Source: Yuukianura sp. NJ FZ-2021
Lineage: Eukaryota
Assembly (NCBI GenBank): GCA_046563655.1
Contig: JAJCTO010000009.1
Location: forward strand, 744,001 to 808,000
Direction: 5' to 3'
DNA: 64,000 nt
The translations under genes were made by a program, and so were the position numbers. Below are positions 50,301 to 64,000 of this stretch, one piece after another; within the stretch, counting starts at the first letter, position 1; the number at the start of each line of letters is the position of its first letter. The notes beneath the pieces were generated by a model that had not been told where the DNA came from, ran no database searches, and was given only the letters and a program-made list of their open reading frames with translations.

Positions 50301-53300
50301 ACATTTTCTAAATCAAAATCGAACATTCAGCATTATTTGTTATTTTGATTAAAATTTTTAGAAAATACTTTTTTATGTCATACTACCACCTTGCACTTCC
50401 GATAAAGCACACCTGAATAACTGGTGCTCAACAATAATCTGGAATTATATTTTAGCCCAACTCCACTATGCAACAAGTGCTTAAATCTAACTGTCATTTT
50501 GGTATAAACTAATGTGGGAACTATACAACGAAGTTTTAAACATACCGAAAAATGGAATTTATGCCTTGTTATCGCTCATAACCATGTTCATGAAACGCAT
50601 CTAGTACCGGTCCACTTTGTCGTAGTGCATCAACGAATATTATACACGGTGAACCACTTGTTGTCAGCCTTCATCTTTGAGCACAAAGGAGAAGTGCCGG
50701 TGAAATGACAAGCTCGCCCTCACTACAGATACCAACCAGTACTCATTTTGACACTATGAATCACAATGACTCAGACGGCAACTGAACTTCAGGGGAAATC
50801 ACATTATTACATTTTCTAAATCAAAATCGAACATTCCGCAGTTTTTGTTATTTTGATTTAAAATTGTTAGGAAAGACTTTTTATGTCATACTACCACCTT
50901 GCACTTTCAATAAAGCACACCTCAGTAACTGATGTTCAACAATAATCTGGAATTATATTTTACCCCAACTCCACTATGCAACAAATGCATTAATCTAACC
51001 GTCATTTAGGTTTAACTAATGTGTGAACAATACAACGAAATTTTAAACATACTGAAAAATGGAATTTATGCCTTGTTATCGCTTATAACCATCTTCATGG
51101 AACGCATCTAATACCGGTCCACTTTGTCGTAGTGCATCAACGACTATTACACACGGTGAACCACTTGTTGTCAGCCTTCATCTTTGAGCACAAAGGAGAA
51201 GTGCCGGTGAAATGACAAGCTCGCCCTCACTACAGATACCAACCAGTACTCATTTGGACACTATGAATCACAATGACTCAGACGGCAACTGAACTTCAGG
51301 GGAAATCACATTATTACATTTTCTAAATCAAAATCGAACATTCCGCAGTTTTTGTTATTTTGATTTAAAATTGTTAGGAAAGACTTTTTATGTCATACTA
51401 CCACCTTGCACTTTCAATAAAGCACACCTCAGTAACTGATGTTCAACAATAATCTGGAATTATATTTTACCCCAACTCCACTATGCAACAAATGCATTAA
51501 TCTAACCGTCATTTAGGTTTAACTAATGTGTGAACAATACAACGAAATTTTAAACATACTGAAAAATGGAATTTATGCCTTGTTATCGCTTATAACCATC
51601 TTCATGGAACGCATCTAATACCGGTCCACTTTGTCGTAGTGCATCAACGAATATTATACACGGTGAACCACTTGTTGTCAGCCTTCATCTTTGAGCACAA
51701 AGGAGAAGTGCCGGTGAAATGACAAGCTCGCCCTCACTACAGATACCAACCAGTACTCATTTTGACACTATGAATCACAATGACTCAGACGGCAACTGAA
51801 CTTCAGGGGAAATCACATTATTACATTTTCTAAATCAAAATCGAACATTCAGCATTATTTGTTATTTTGATTAAAATTTTTAGGAAATACTTTTTTATGT
51901 CATACTACCACCTTGCACTTCCAATAAAGCACACCTGAATAACTGGTGTTCAACAATAATCTGGAATTATATTTTAGCCCAACTCCACTATGCAACAAGT
52001 GCATAAATCTAACTGTCATTTTGGTATAAACTAATGTGGGAACTATACAACGAAGTTTTAAACATACTGAAAAATGGAATTTATGCCTTGTTATCGCTTA
52101 TAACCATCTTCATGGAACGCATCTAATACCGGTCCACTTTGTCGTAGTGCATCAACGACTATTACACACGTTGAACCACTTGTTGTCAGCCTTCATCTTT
52201 GAGCTCAAAGGAGAAGTGCCGGTGAAATGACAAGCTCGCCCTCACTACAAATACCAACCAGTACTCATTTTGACACCATGATACACAATGACTCCGACGG
52301 CAATGGAACTTCAGGGGATCCCATTATTACATTTTCTAAATCAAAATCGAACATTCCGCATTATTTGTTATTTTGATTAAAATTTTTAGGAAATACTTTT
52401 TTATGTCATACTACCACCTTGCACTTCCTACAAAACACACCTGAATAACTGGTGTTCAACAATAATCTGGAATTATATTTTAGCCCAACTCCACTATGCA
52501 ACAAGTGCATAAATCTAACTGTCATTTTGGTATAAACTAATGTAGGAACTATACAACGAAGTTTTAAACATACTGAAAAATGGAATTTATGCCTTGTTAT
52601 CGCTTATAACCATCTTCATGGAACGCATCTAATACCGGTCCACTTTGTCGTAGTGCATCAACGACTATTACATACCGTGAACCACTTGTTGTCAGCCTTC
52701 ATCTTTGAGCTCAAAGGAGAAGTGCCGGTGAAATGACAAGCTCGCCCTCACTACAAATACCAACCAGTACTCATTTTGACACCATGAATCACAATGACTC
52801 AGACGGCAACTGAACTTCAGGGGAAATCACATTATTACATTTTCTAAAGCAAAATCGAACATTCAGCATTATTTGTTATTTTGATTAAAATTTTTAGGAA
52901 ATACTTTTTTATGTCATACTACCACCTTGCACTTCCAATAAAGCACACCTGAATAACTGGTGTTCAACAATAATCTGGAATTATATTTTAGCCCAACTCC
53001 ACTATGCAACAAGTGCATAAATCTAACTGTCATTTTGGTATAAACTAATGTGGGAACTATACAACGAAGTTTTAAACATACTGAAAAATGGAATTTATGC
53101 CTTGTTATCGCTTATAACCATCTTCATGGAACGCATCTAATACCGGTCCACTTTGTCGTAGTGCATCAACGACTATTACACACGTTGAACCACTTGTTGT
53201 CAGCCTTCATCTTTGAGCTCAAAGGAGAAGTGCCGGTGAAATGACAAGCTCGCCCTCACTACAAATACCAACCAGTACTCATTTTGACACCATGATACAC

Positions 53301-56300
53301 AATGACTCCGACGGCAATGGAACTTCAGGGGATCCCATTATTACATTTTCTAAATCAAAATCGAACATTCCGCATTATTTGTTATTTTGATTAAAATTTT
53401 TAGGAAATACTTTTTTATGTCATACTACCACCTTGCACTTCCTACAAAACACACCTGAATAACTGGTGTTCAACAATAATCTGGAATTATATTTTAGCTC
53501 AGCTCCACTATGCAACAAGTGCATAAATCTAACTGTCATTTTGGTATAAACTAATGTAGGAACTATACAACGAAGTTTTAAACATACTGAAAAATGGAAT
53601 TTATGCCTTGTTATCGCTTATAACCATCTTCATGGAACGCATCTAATACCGGTCCACTTTGTCGTAGTGCATCAACGACTATTACACACGGTGAACCACT
53701 TGTTGTCAGCCTTCATCTTTGAGCTCAAAGGAGAAGTGCCGGTGAAATGACAAGCTCGCCCTCACTACAAATACCAACCAGTACTCATTTTGACACCATG
53801 AATCACAATGACTCCGACGGCAATTTAGCTTCAGGGGATCCCATTATTACATTTTCTAAATCAAAATCGAACATTCCGCATTATTTGTTATTTTGATTAA
53901 AATTGTTAGGAAAGACTTCTTTATGTCATACTACCACCTTGCACTTCCAATAAAGCACACCTGAATAACTGGTGTTCAACAATAATCTGGAATTATATTT
54001 TAGCCCAACTCCACTATGCAACAAGTGCATAAATCTAACTTTCATTTTAGTATAAACAAATGTGGGAACTATACAACGAAGTATTAAACATACTGAAAAA
54101 TGGAATTTATGCCTTGTTATCGCTTATAACCATCTTCATGGAACGCATCTAATACCGGTCCACTTTGTCGTAGTGCATCAACGACTATTACACACGGTGA
54201 ACCACTTGTTGTCAGCCTTCATCTTTGAGCTCAAAGGAGAAGTGCCGGTGAAATGACAAGCTCGCCCTCACTACAGATACCAACCAGTACTCATTTTGAC
54301 ACTATGAATCACAATGACTCAGACGGCAACTGAACTTCAGGGGAAATCACATTATTAAATTTTCTAAATCAAAATCGAACATTCCGCATTATTTGTTATT
54401 TTGATTAAAATTTTTAGGAAATACTTTTTTATGTCATACTACCACCTTGCACTTCCAATAAAGCACACCTGAATAACTGGTGTTCAACAATAATCTGGAA
54501 TTATATTTTAGCCCAACTCCACTATGCAACAAGTGCATAAATCTAACTGTCATTTTGGTATAAACTAATGTGGGAACTATACAACGAAGTTTTAAACATA
54601 CTGAAAAATGGAATTTATGCCTTGTTATCGCTTATAACCATCTTCATGGAACGCATCTAATACCGGTCCACTTTGTCGTAGTGCATCAACGACTATTACA
54701 CACGGTGAACCACTTGTTGTCAGCCTTCATCTTTGAGCACAAAGGAGAAGTGCCGGTGAAATGACAAGCTCGCCCTCACTACAGATACCAACCAGTACTC
54801 ATTTTGACACTATGAATCACAATGACTCAGACGGCAACTGAACTTCAGGGGAAATCACATTATTACATTTTCTAAATCAAAATCGAACATTCCGCAGTTT
54901 TTGTTATTTTGATTTAAATTGTTAGGAAAGACTTTTTATGTCATACTACCACCTTGCACTTTCAATAAAGCACACCTCAGTAACTGATGTTCAACAATAA
55001 TCTGGAATTATATTTTACCCCAACTCCACTATGCAACAAATGCATTAATCTAACCGTCATTTAGGTTTAAACTAATGTGTGAACAATACAACGAAATTTT
55101 AAACATACTGAAAAATGGAATTTATGCCTTGTTATCGCTTATAACCATCTTCATGGAACGCATCTAATACCGGTCCACTTTGTCGTAGTGCATCAACGAC
55201 TATTACACACGGTGAACCACTTGTTGTCAGCCTTCATCTTTGAGCACAAAGGAGAAGTGCCGGTGAAATGACAAGCTCGCCCTCACTACAGATACCAACC
55301 AGTACTCATTTTGACACTATGAATCACAATGACTCAGACGGCAACTGAACTTCAGGGGAAATCACATTATTACATTTTCTAAATCAAAATCGAACATTCC
55401 GCATTATTTGTTATTTTGATTAAAATTGTTAGGAAATACTTTTTTATGTCATACTACCACCTTGCACTTCCAATAAAGCACACCTGAATAACTGGTGTTC
55501 AACAATAATCTGGAATTATATTTTAGCCCAACTCCACTATGCAACAAGTGCATAAATCTAACTGTCATTTTGGTATAAACTAATGTGGGAACTATACAAC
55601 GAAGTTTTAAACATACTGAAAAATGGAATTTATGCCTTGTTATCGCTTATAACCATCTTCATGGAACGCATCTAATACCGGTCCACTTTGTCGTAGTGCA
55701 TCAACGACTATTACACACGGTGAACCACTTGTTGTCAGCCTTCATCTTTGAGCTCAAAGGAGAAGTGCCGGTGAAATGACAAGCTCGCCCTCACTACAAA
55801 TACCAACCAGTACTCATTTTGACACCATGATACACAATGACTCCGACGGCAATGGAACTTCAGGGGAAATCCCATCATTACATTTTCTAAATCAAAATCG
55901 AACATTCCGCATTATTTGTTATTTTGATTTAAATTGTTAGGAAAGACTTTTTATGTCATACTACCACCTTGCACTTTCAATAAAGCACACCTCAGTAACT
56001 GATGTTCAACAATAATCTGGAATTATATTTTACCCCAACTCCACTATGCAACAAATGCATTAATCTAACCGTCATTTAGGTTTAACTAATGTGTGAACAA
56101 TACAACGAAATTTTAAACATACTGAAAAATGGAATTTATGCCTTGTTATCGCTTATAACCATCTTCATGGAACGCATCTAATACCGGTCCACTTTGTCGT
56201 AGTGCATCAACGACTATTACACACGGTGAACCACTTGTTGTCAGCCTTCATCTTTGAGCTCAAAGGAGAAGTGCCGGTGAAATGACAAGCTCGCCCTCAC

Positions 56301-59300
56301 TACAAATACCAACCAGTACTCATTTTGACACCATGAATCACAATGACTCGGACGGCAACTGAACTTCAGGGGAAATCCCATTATTACATATTCTAAATCA
56401 AAATCGAACATTCCGCATTATTTGTTATTTTGATTAAAATTGTTAGGAAAGACTTTTTTATGTCATACTACCACCTTGCACTTCCAATAAAGCACACCTG
56501 AATAACTGGTGTTCAACAATAATCTGGAATTATATTTTAGCCCAACTCCACTATGCAACAAGTGCATAAATCTAACTGTCATTTTGGTATAAACTAATGT
56601 GGGAACTATACAACGAAGTTTTAAACATACTGAAAAATGGAATTTATGCCTTGTTATCGCTTATAACCATCTTCATGGAACGCATCTAATACCGGTCCAC
56701 TTTGTCGTAGTGCATCAACGACTATTACACACGGTGAACCACTTGTTGTCAGCCTTCATCTTTGAGCTCAAAGGAGAAGTGCCGGTGAAATGACAAGCTC
56801 GCCCTCACTACAAATACCAACCAGTACTCATTTTGACACCATGAATCACAATGACTCAGACGGCAATGGAACTTCGGGGGAAATACCATCATTAAATTTT
56901 CTAAATCAAAATCGAACATTCCGCATTATTTGTTATTTTGATTAAAATTTTTAGGAAATACTTTTTTATGTCATACTACCACCTTGCACTTCCAATAAAG
57001 CACACCTGAATAACTGGTGTTCAACAATAATCTGGAATTATATTTTAGCCCAACTCCACTATGCAACAAGTGCATAAATCTAACTGTCATTTTGGTATAA
57101 ACTAATGTGGGAACTATACAACGAAGTTTTAAACATACTGAAAAATGGAATTTATGCCTTGTTATCGCTTATAACCATCTTCATGGAACGCATCTAATAC
57201 CGGTCCACTTTGTCGTAGTGCATCAACGACTATTACACACGGTGAACCACTTGTTGTCAGCCTTCATCTTTGAGCTCAAAGGAGAAGTGCCGGTGAAATG
57301 ACAAGCTCGCCCTCACTACAAATACCAACCAGTACTCATTTTGACACCATGATACACAATGACTCCGACGGCAATGGAACTTCAGGGGATCCCATTATTA
57401 CATTTTCTAAATCAAAATCGAACATTCCGCATTATTTGTTATTTTGATTAAAATTGTTAGGAAAGACTTTTTTATGTCATACTACCACCTTGCACTTCCA
57501 ATAAAGCACACCTGAGTAACTGGTGTTCAACAATAATCTGGAATTATATTTTAGCCCAACTCCACTATGCAACAAGTGCATAAATCTAACTTTCATTTTA
57601 GTATAAACAAATGTGGGAACTATACAACGAAGTATTAAACATACTGAAAAATGGAATTTATGCCTTGTTATCGCTTATAACCATCTTCATGGAACGCATC
57701 TAATACCGGTCCACTTTGTCGTAGTGCATCAACGACTATTACACACGGTGAACCACTTGTTGTCAGCCTTCATCTTTGAGCACAAAGGAGAAGTGCCGGT
57801 GAAATGACAAGCTCGCCCTCACTACAGATACCAACCAGTACTCATTTTGACACTATGAATCACAATGACTCAGACGGCAACTGAACTTCAGGGGAAATCC
57901 CATTATTACATTTTCTAAATCAAAATCGAACATTCCGCATTATTTGTTATTTTGATTAAAATTGTTAGGAAAGACTTTTTATGTCATACTACCACCTTGC
58001 ACTTTCAATAAAGCACACCTCAGTAACTGATGTTCAACAATAATCTGGAATTATATTTTACCCCAACTCCACTATGCAACAAATGCATTAATCTAACCGT
58101 CATTTAGGTTTAACTAATGTGTGAACAATACAACGAAATTTTAAACATACTGAAAAATGGAATTTATGCCTTGTTATCGCTTATAACCATCTTCATGGAA
58201 CGCATCTAATACCGGTCCACTTTGTCGTAGTGCATCAACGACTATTACACACGGTGAACCACTTGTTGTCAGCCTTCATCTTTGAGCACAAAGGAGAAGT
58301 GCCGGTGAAATGACAAGCTCGCCCTCACTACAGATACCAACCAGTACTCATTTTGACACTATGAATCACAATGACTCAGACGGCAACTGAACTTCAGGGG
58401 AAATCCCATTATTACATTTTCTAAATCAAAATCGAACATTCAGCATTATTTGTTATTTTGATTAAAATTTTTAGGAAATACTTTTTTATGTCATACTACC
58501 ACCTTGCACTTCCAACAAAACACACCTGAATAACTAACTGGTGTTCAACAATAATCTGGAATTATATTTTAGCCCAACTCCACTATGCAACAAGTGCATA
58601 AATCTAACTGTCATTTTGGTATAAACTAATGTGGGAACTATACAACGAAGTTTTAAACATACTGAAAAATGGAATTTATGCCTTGTTATCGCTTATAACC
58701 ATCTTCATGGAACGCATCTAATACCGGTCCACTTTGTCGTAGTGCATCAACGACTATTACACACGGTGAACCACTTGTTGTCAGCCTTCATCTTTGAGCT
58801 CAAAGGAGAAGTGCCGGTGAAATGACAAGCTCGCCCTCACTACAAATACCAACCAGTACTCATTTTGACACCATGATACACAATGACTCCGACGGCAATG
58901 GAACTTCAGGGGATCCCATTATTACATTTTCTAAATCAAAATCGAACATTCCGCATTATTTGTTATTTTGATTAAAATTGTTAGGAAAGACTTTTTTATG
59001 TCATACTACCACCTTGCACTTCCAACAAAACACACCTGAATAACTGGTGTTCAACAATAATCTGGAATTATATTTTAGCTCAACTCCACTATGCAACAAG
59101 TGCATAAATCTAACTGTCATTTTGGTATAAACTAATGTAGGAACTATACAACGAAGTTTTAAACATACTGAAAAATGGAATTTATGCCTTGTTATCGCTT
59201 ATAACCATCTTCATGGAACGCATCTAATACCGGTCCACTTTGTCGTAGTGCATCAACGACTATTACACACGGTGAACCACTTGTTGTCAGCCTTCATCTT

Positions 59301-62300
59301 TGAGCACAAAGGAGAAGTGCCGGTGAAATGACAAGCTCGCCCTCACTACAGATACCAACCAGTACTCATTTTGACACTATGAATCACAATGACTCAGACG
59401 GCAACTGAACTTCAGGGGAAATCCCATTATTACATTTTCTAAATCAAAATCGAACATTCAGCATTATATGTTATTTTGATTAAAAATTTTAGGAAATACT
59501 TTTTTATGTCATACTACCACCTTGTACTTCCAATAAAGCACACCTGAGTAACTGGTGTTCAACAATAATCTGGAATTATATTTTAGCCCAACTCCACTAT
59601 GCAACAAGTGCATAAATCTAACCGTCATTTAGGTTTAACTAATGTGTGAACAATACAACGAAATTTTAAACATACTGAAAAATGGAATTTATGCCTTGTT
59701 ATCGCTTATAACCATCTTCATGGAACGCATCTAATACCGGTCCACTTTGTCGTAGTGCATCAACGACTATTACACACGGTGAACCACTTGTTGTCAGCCT
59801 TCATCTTTGAGCTCAAAGGAGAAGTGCCGGTGAAATGACAAGCTCGCCCTCACTACAGATACCAACCAGTACTCATTTTGACACTATGAATCACAATGAC
59901 TCAGACGGCAACTGAACTTCAGGGGAAATCCCATTATTACATTTTCTAAATCAAAATCGAACATTCCGCATTATTTGTTATTTTGATTAAAATTTTTAGG
60001 AAATACTTTTTTATGTCATACTACCACCTTGCACTTCCAATAAAGCACACCTGAATAACTGGTGTTCAACAGTAATCTGGAATTATATTATAGCCCAACT
60101 CCACTATGCAACAAGTGCATAAATCTAACTGTCATTTTGGTATAAACTAATGTGGGAACTATACAACGAAGTTTTAAACATACTGAAAAATGGAATTTAT
60201 GCCTTGTTATCGCTTATAACCATCTTCATGGAACGCATCTAATACCGGTCCACTTTGTCGTAGTGCATCAACGACTATTACACACGGTGAACCACTTGTT
60301 GTCAGCCTTCATCTTTGAGCTCAAAGGAGAAGTGCCGGTGAAATGACAAGCTCGCCCTCACTACAAATACCAACCAGTACTCATTTTGACACCATGAATC
60401 ACAATGACTCCGACGGCAATTTAGCTTCAGGGGATCCCATTATTACATTTTCTAAATCAAAATCGAACATTCCGCATTATTTGTTATTTTGATTAAAATT
60501 GTTAGGAAAGACATTTTTATGTCATACTACCACCCTGCACTTCCATTAAAGCACACCTGAATAACTGTTGTTCAACAATAATCTGGAATTATATTTTAGC
60601 CCAACTCCACTATGCAACAAGTGCATAAATCTAACCGTCATTTAGGTTTAACTAATGTGTGAACTATACAACGAAATTTTAAACATACTGAAAAATGGAA
60701 TTTATGCCTTGTTATCGCTTATAACTATCTTCATGGAACGCATCTAATACCGGTCCACTTTGTCGTAGTGCATCAACGACTATTACACACGGTGAACCAC
60801 TTGTTGTCAGCCTTCATCTTTGAGCTCAAAGGAGAAGTGCCGGTGAAATGACAAGCTCGCCCTCACTACAGATACCAACCAGTACTCATTTTGACACTAT
60901 GAATCACAATGACTCAGACGGCAACTGAACTTCAGGGGAAATCACATTATTACATTTTCTAAATCAAAATCGAACATTCAGCATTATTTGTTATTTTGAT
61001 TAAAATTTTTAGAAAATACTTTTTTATGTCATACTACCACCTTGCACTTCCGATAAAGCACACCTGAATAACTGGTGTTCAACAATAATCTGGAATTATA
61101 TTTTAGCCCAACTCCACTATGCAACAAGTGCTTAAATCTAACTGTCATTTTGGTATAAACTAATGTGGGAACTATACAACGAAGATTTAAACATACTGAA
61201 AAATGGAATTTATGCCTTGTTATCGCTTATAACCATGTTCATGGAACGCATCTAATACCGGTCCACTTTGTCGTAGTGCATCAACGACTATTACACACGG
61301 TGAACCACTTGTTGTCAGCCTTCATCTTTGAGCACAAAGGAGAAGTGCCGGTGAAATGACAAGCTCGCCCTCACAACAGATACCAACCAGTACTCATTTT
61401 GACACTATGAATCACAATGACTCAGACGGCAACTGAACTTCAGGGGAAATCACATTATTACATTTTCTAAATCAAAATCGAACATTCCGCAGTTTTTGTT
61501 ATTTTGATTTAAATTGTTAGGAAAGACTTTTTATGTCATACTACCACCTTGCACTTTCAATAAAGCACACCTCAGTAACTGATGTTCAACAATAATCTGG
61601 AATTATATTTTACCCCAACTCCACTATGCAACAAATGCATTAATCTAACCGTCATTTAGGTTTAACTAATGTGTGAACAATACAACGAAATTTTAAACAT
61701 ACTGAAAAATGGAATTTATGCCTTGTTATCGCTTATAACCATCTTCATGGAACGCATCTAATACCGGTCCACTTTGTCGTAGTGCATCAACGACTATTAC
61801 ACACGGTGAACCACTTGTTGTCAGCCTTCATCTTTGAGCACAAAGGAGAAGTGCCGGTGAAATGACAAGCTCGCCCTCACTACAGATACCAACCAGTACT
61901 CATTTTGACACTATGAATCACAATGACTCAGACGGCAACTGAACTTCAGGGGAAATCACATTATTACATTTTCTAAATCAAAATCGAACATTCCGCAGTT
62001 TTTGTTATTTTGATTTAAATTGTTAGGAAAGACTTTTTATGTCATACTACCACCTTGCACTTTCAATAAAGCACACCTCAGTAACTGATGTTCAACAATA
62101 ATCTGGAATTATATCTTACCCCAACTCCACTATGCAACAAATGCATTAATCTAACCGTCATTTAGGTTTAACTAATGTGTGAACAATACAACGAAATTTT
62201 AAACATACTGAAAAATGGAATTTATGCCTTGTTATCGCTTATAACCATCTTCATGGAACGCATCTAATACCGGTCCACTTTGTCGTAGTGCATCAACGAA

Positions 62301-64000
62301 TATTATACACGGTGAACCACTTGTTGTCAGCCTTCATCTTTGAGCACAAAGGAGAAGTGCCGGTGAAATGACAAGCTCGCCCTCACTACAGATACCAACC
62401 AGTACTCATTTTGACACTATGAATCACAATGACTCAGACGGCAACTGAACTTCAGGGGAAATCACATTATTACATTTTCTAAATCAAAATCGAACATTCA
62501 GCATTATTTGTTATTTTGATTAAAATTTTTAGGAAATACTTTTTTATGTCATACTACCACCTTGCACTTCCAATAAAGCACACCTGAATAACTGGTGTTC
62601 AACAATAATCTGGAATTATATTTTAGCCCAACTCCACCTTGCAACAAGTGCATAAATCTAACTGTCATTTTGGTATAAACTAATGTGGGAACTATACAAC
62701 GAAGTTTTAAACATACTGAAAAATGGAATTTATGCCTTGTTATCGCTTATAACCATCTTCATGGAACGCATCTAATACCGGTCCACTTTGTCGTAGTGCA
62801 TCAACGACTATTACACACGTTGAACCACTTGTTGTCAGCCTTCATCTTTGAGCTCAAAGGAGAAGTGCCGGTGAAATGACAAGCTCGCCCTCACTACAAA
62901 TACCAACCAGTACTCATTTTGACACCATGATACACAATGACTCCGACGGCAATGGAACTTCAGGGGATCCCATTATTACATTTTCAAAATCAAAATCGAA
63001 CATTCCGCATTATTTGTTATTTTGATTAAAATTTTTAGGAAATACTTTTTTATGTCATACTACCACCTTGCACTTCCTACAAAACACACCTGAATAACTG
63101 GTGTTCAACAATAATCTGGAATTATATTTTAGCCCAACTCCACTATGCAACAAGTGCATAAATCTAACTGTCATTTTGGTATAAACTAATGTAGGAACTA
63201 TACAACGAAGTTTTAAACATACTGAAAAATGGAATTTATGCCTTGTTATCGCTTATAACCATCTTCATGGAACGCATCTAATACCGGTCCACTTTGTCGT
63301 AGTGCATCAACGACTATTACACACGGTGAACCACTTGTTGTCAGCCTTCATCTTTGAGCTCAAAGGAGAAGTGCCGGTGAAATGACAAGCTCGCCCTCAC
63401 TACAAATACCAACCAGTACTCATTTTGACACCATGAATCACAATGACTCAGACGGCAACTGAACTTCAGGGGAAATCCCATTATTACATTTTCTAAATCA
63501 AAATCGAACATTCAGCATTATTTGTTATTTTGATTAAAATTTTTAGGAAATACTTTTTTATGTCATACTACCACCTTGCACTTCCAATAAAGCACACCTG
63601 AATAACTGGTGTTCAACAATAATCTGGAATTATATTTTAGCCCAACTCCACTATGCAACAAGTGCATAAATCTAACTGTCATTTTGGTATAAACTAATGT
63701 GGGAACTATACAACGAAGTTTTAAACATACTGAAAAATGGAATTTATGCCTTGTTATCGCTTATAACCATCTTCATGGAACGCATCTAATACCGGTCCAC
63801 TTTGTCGTAGTGCATCAACGACTATTACACACGTTGAACCACTTGTTGTCAGCCTTCATCTTTGAGCTCAAAGGAGAAGTGCCGGTGAAATGACAAGCTC
63901 GCCCTCACTACAAATACCAACCAGTACTCATTTTGACACCATGATACACAATGACTCCGACGGCAATGGAACTTCAGGGGATCCCATTATTACATTTTCA
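38345..64000. repeat. Tandem satellite array, ~507-bp monomer (~50 copies), block 3
   Basis: Same monomer and orientation as blocks 1-2; runs off the right edge. Confidence 0.99.

Noticed and set aside
50514..61359. Regular 7-monomer higher-order repeat across 50-64 kb
   Set aside because: A ~3550-bp spacing is trivially a monomer multiple, and the order of monomer types differs between successive 7-mers. Only the 21-monomer offset and one shared variant are supported.
1..64000. Satellite monomer as a tandem RNA gene (5S rRNA, SL RNA, snRNA, tRNA) or histone repeat
   Set aside because: No recognisable 5S, U-snRNA or tRNA sequence. GGTTTAAC resembles the nematode SL1 start only over 7 nt and only in some monomer variants. 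A covariance-model search would settle it.

Overview
This is eukaryotic, invertebrate-like heterochromatin; the organism cannot be determined from the sequence. About 44 kb of the window is a head-to-tail tandem satellite with a ~507-bp monomer (about 86 copies in three blocks: 1-16178, 25501-27489, 38345-64000). Two full-length LTR retrotransposons, both on the minus strand, interrupt it. Element 1 (16179-25500, 9322 bp) has identical 247-bp LTRs, a 4-bp TSD (ACTA) and intact Ty3/Gypsy gag and pol. Its third ORF, in the position usually taken by env, encodes a 679-aa RRP6/EXOSC10 (RNase D)-like DEDDy 3'-5' exonuclease with an HRDC domain, a TQT-rich linker and a CCHC zinc knuckle. All catalytic residues appear intact and a splice acceptor sits just before the ATG. 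Element 1 also lacks a recognisable tRNA PBS (the PBS position is complementary to its own LTR), lacks a canonical PPT, and has 23 hairpin-like repeats in its leader. This is the most interesting system in the window. Element 2 (27490-38344, 10855 bp) has 433-bp LTRs about 99% identical, a 5-bp TSD (GCAAC) and a tRNA-Tyr-like PBS. It is a non-autonomous Gypsy-like element with broken gag, largely deleted pol, a possible decayed env-like ORF and a nested pogo-like DNA transposon. All family assignments come from motif recognition by eye; no database searches were run.
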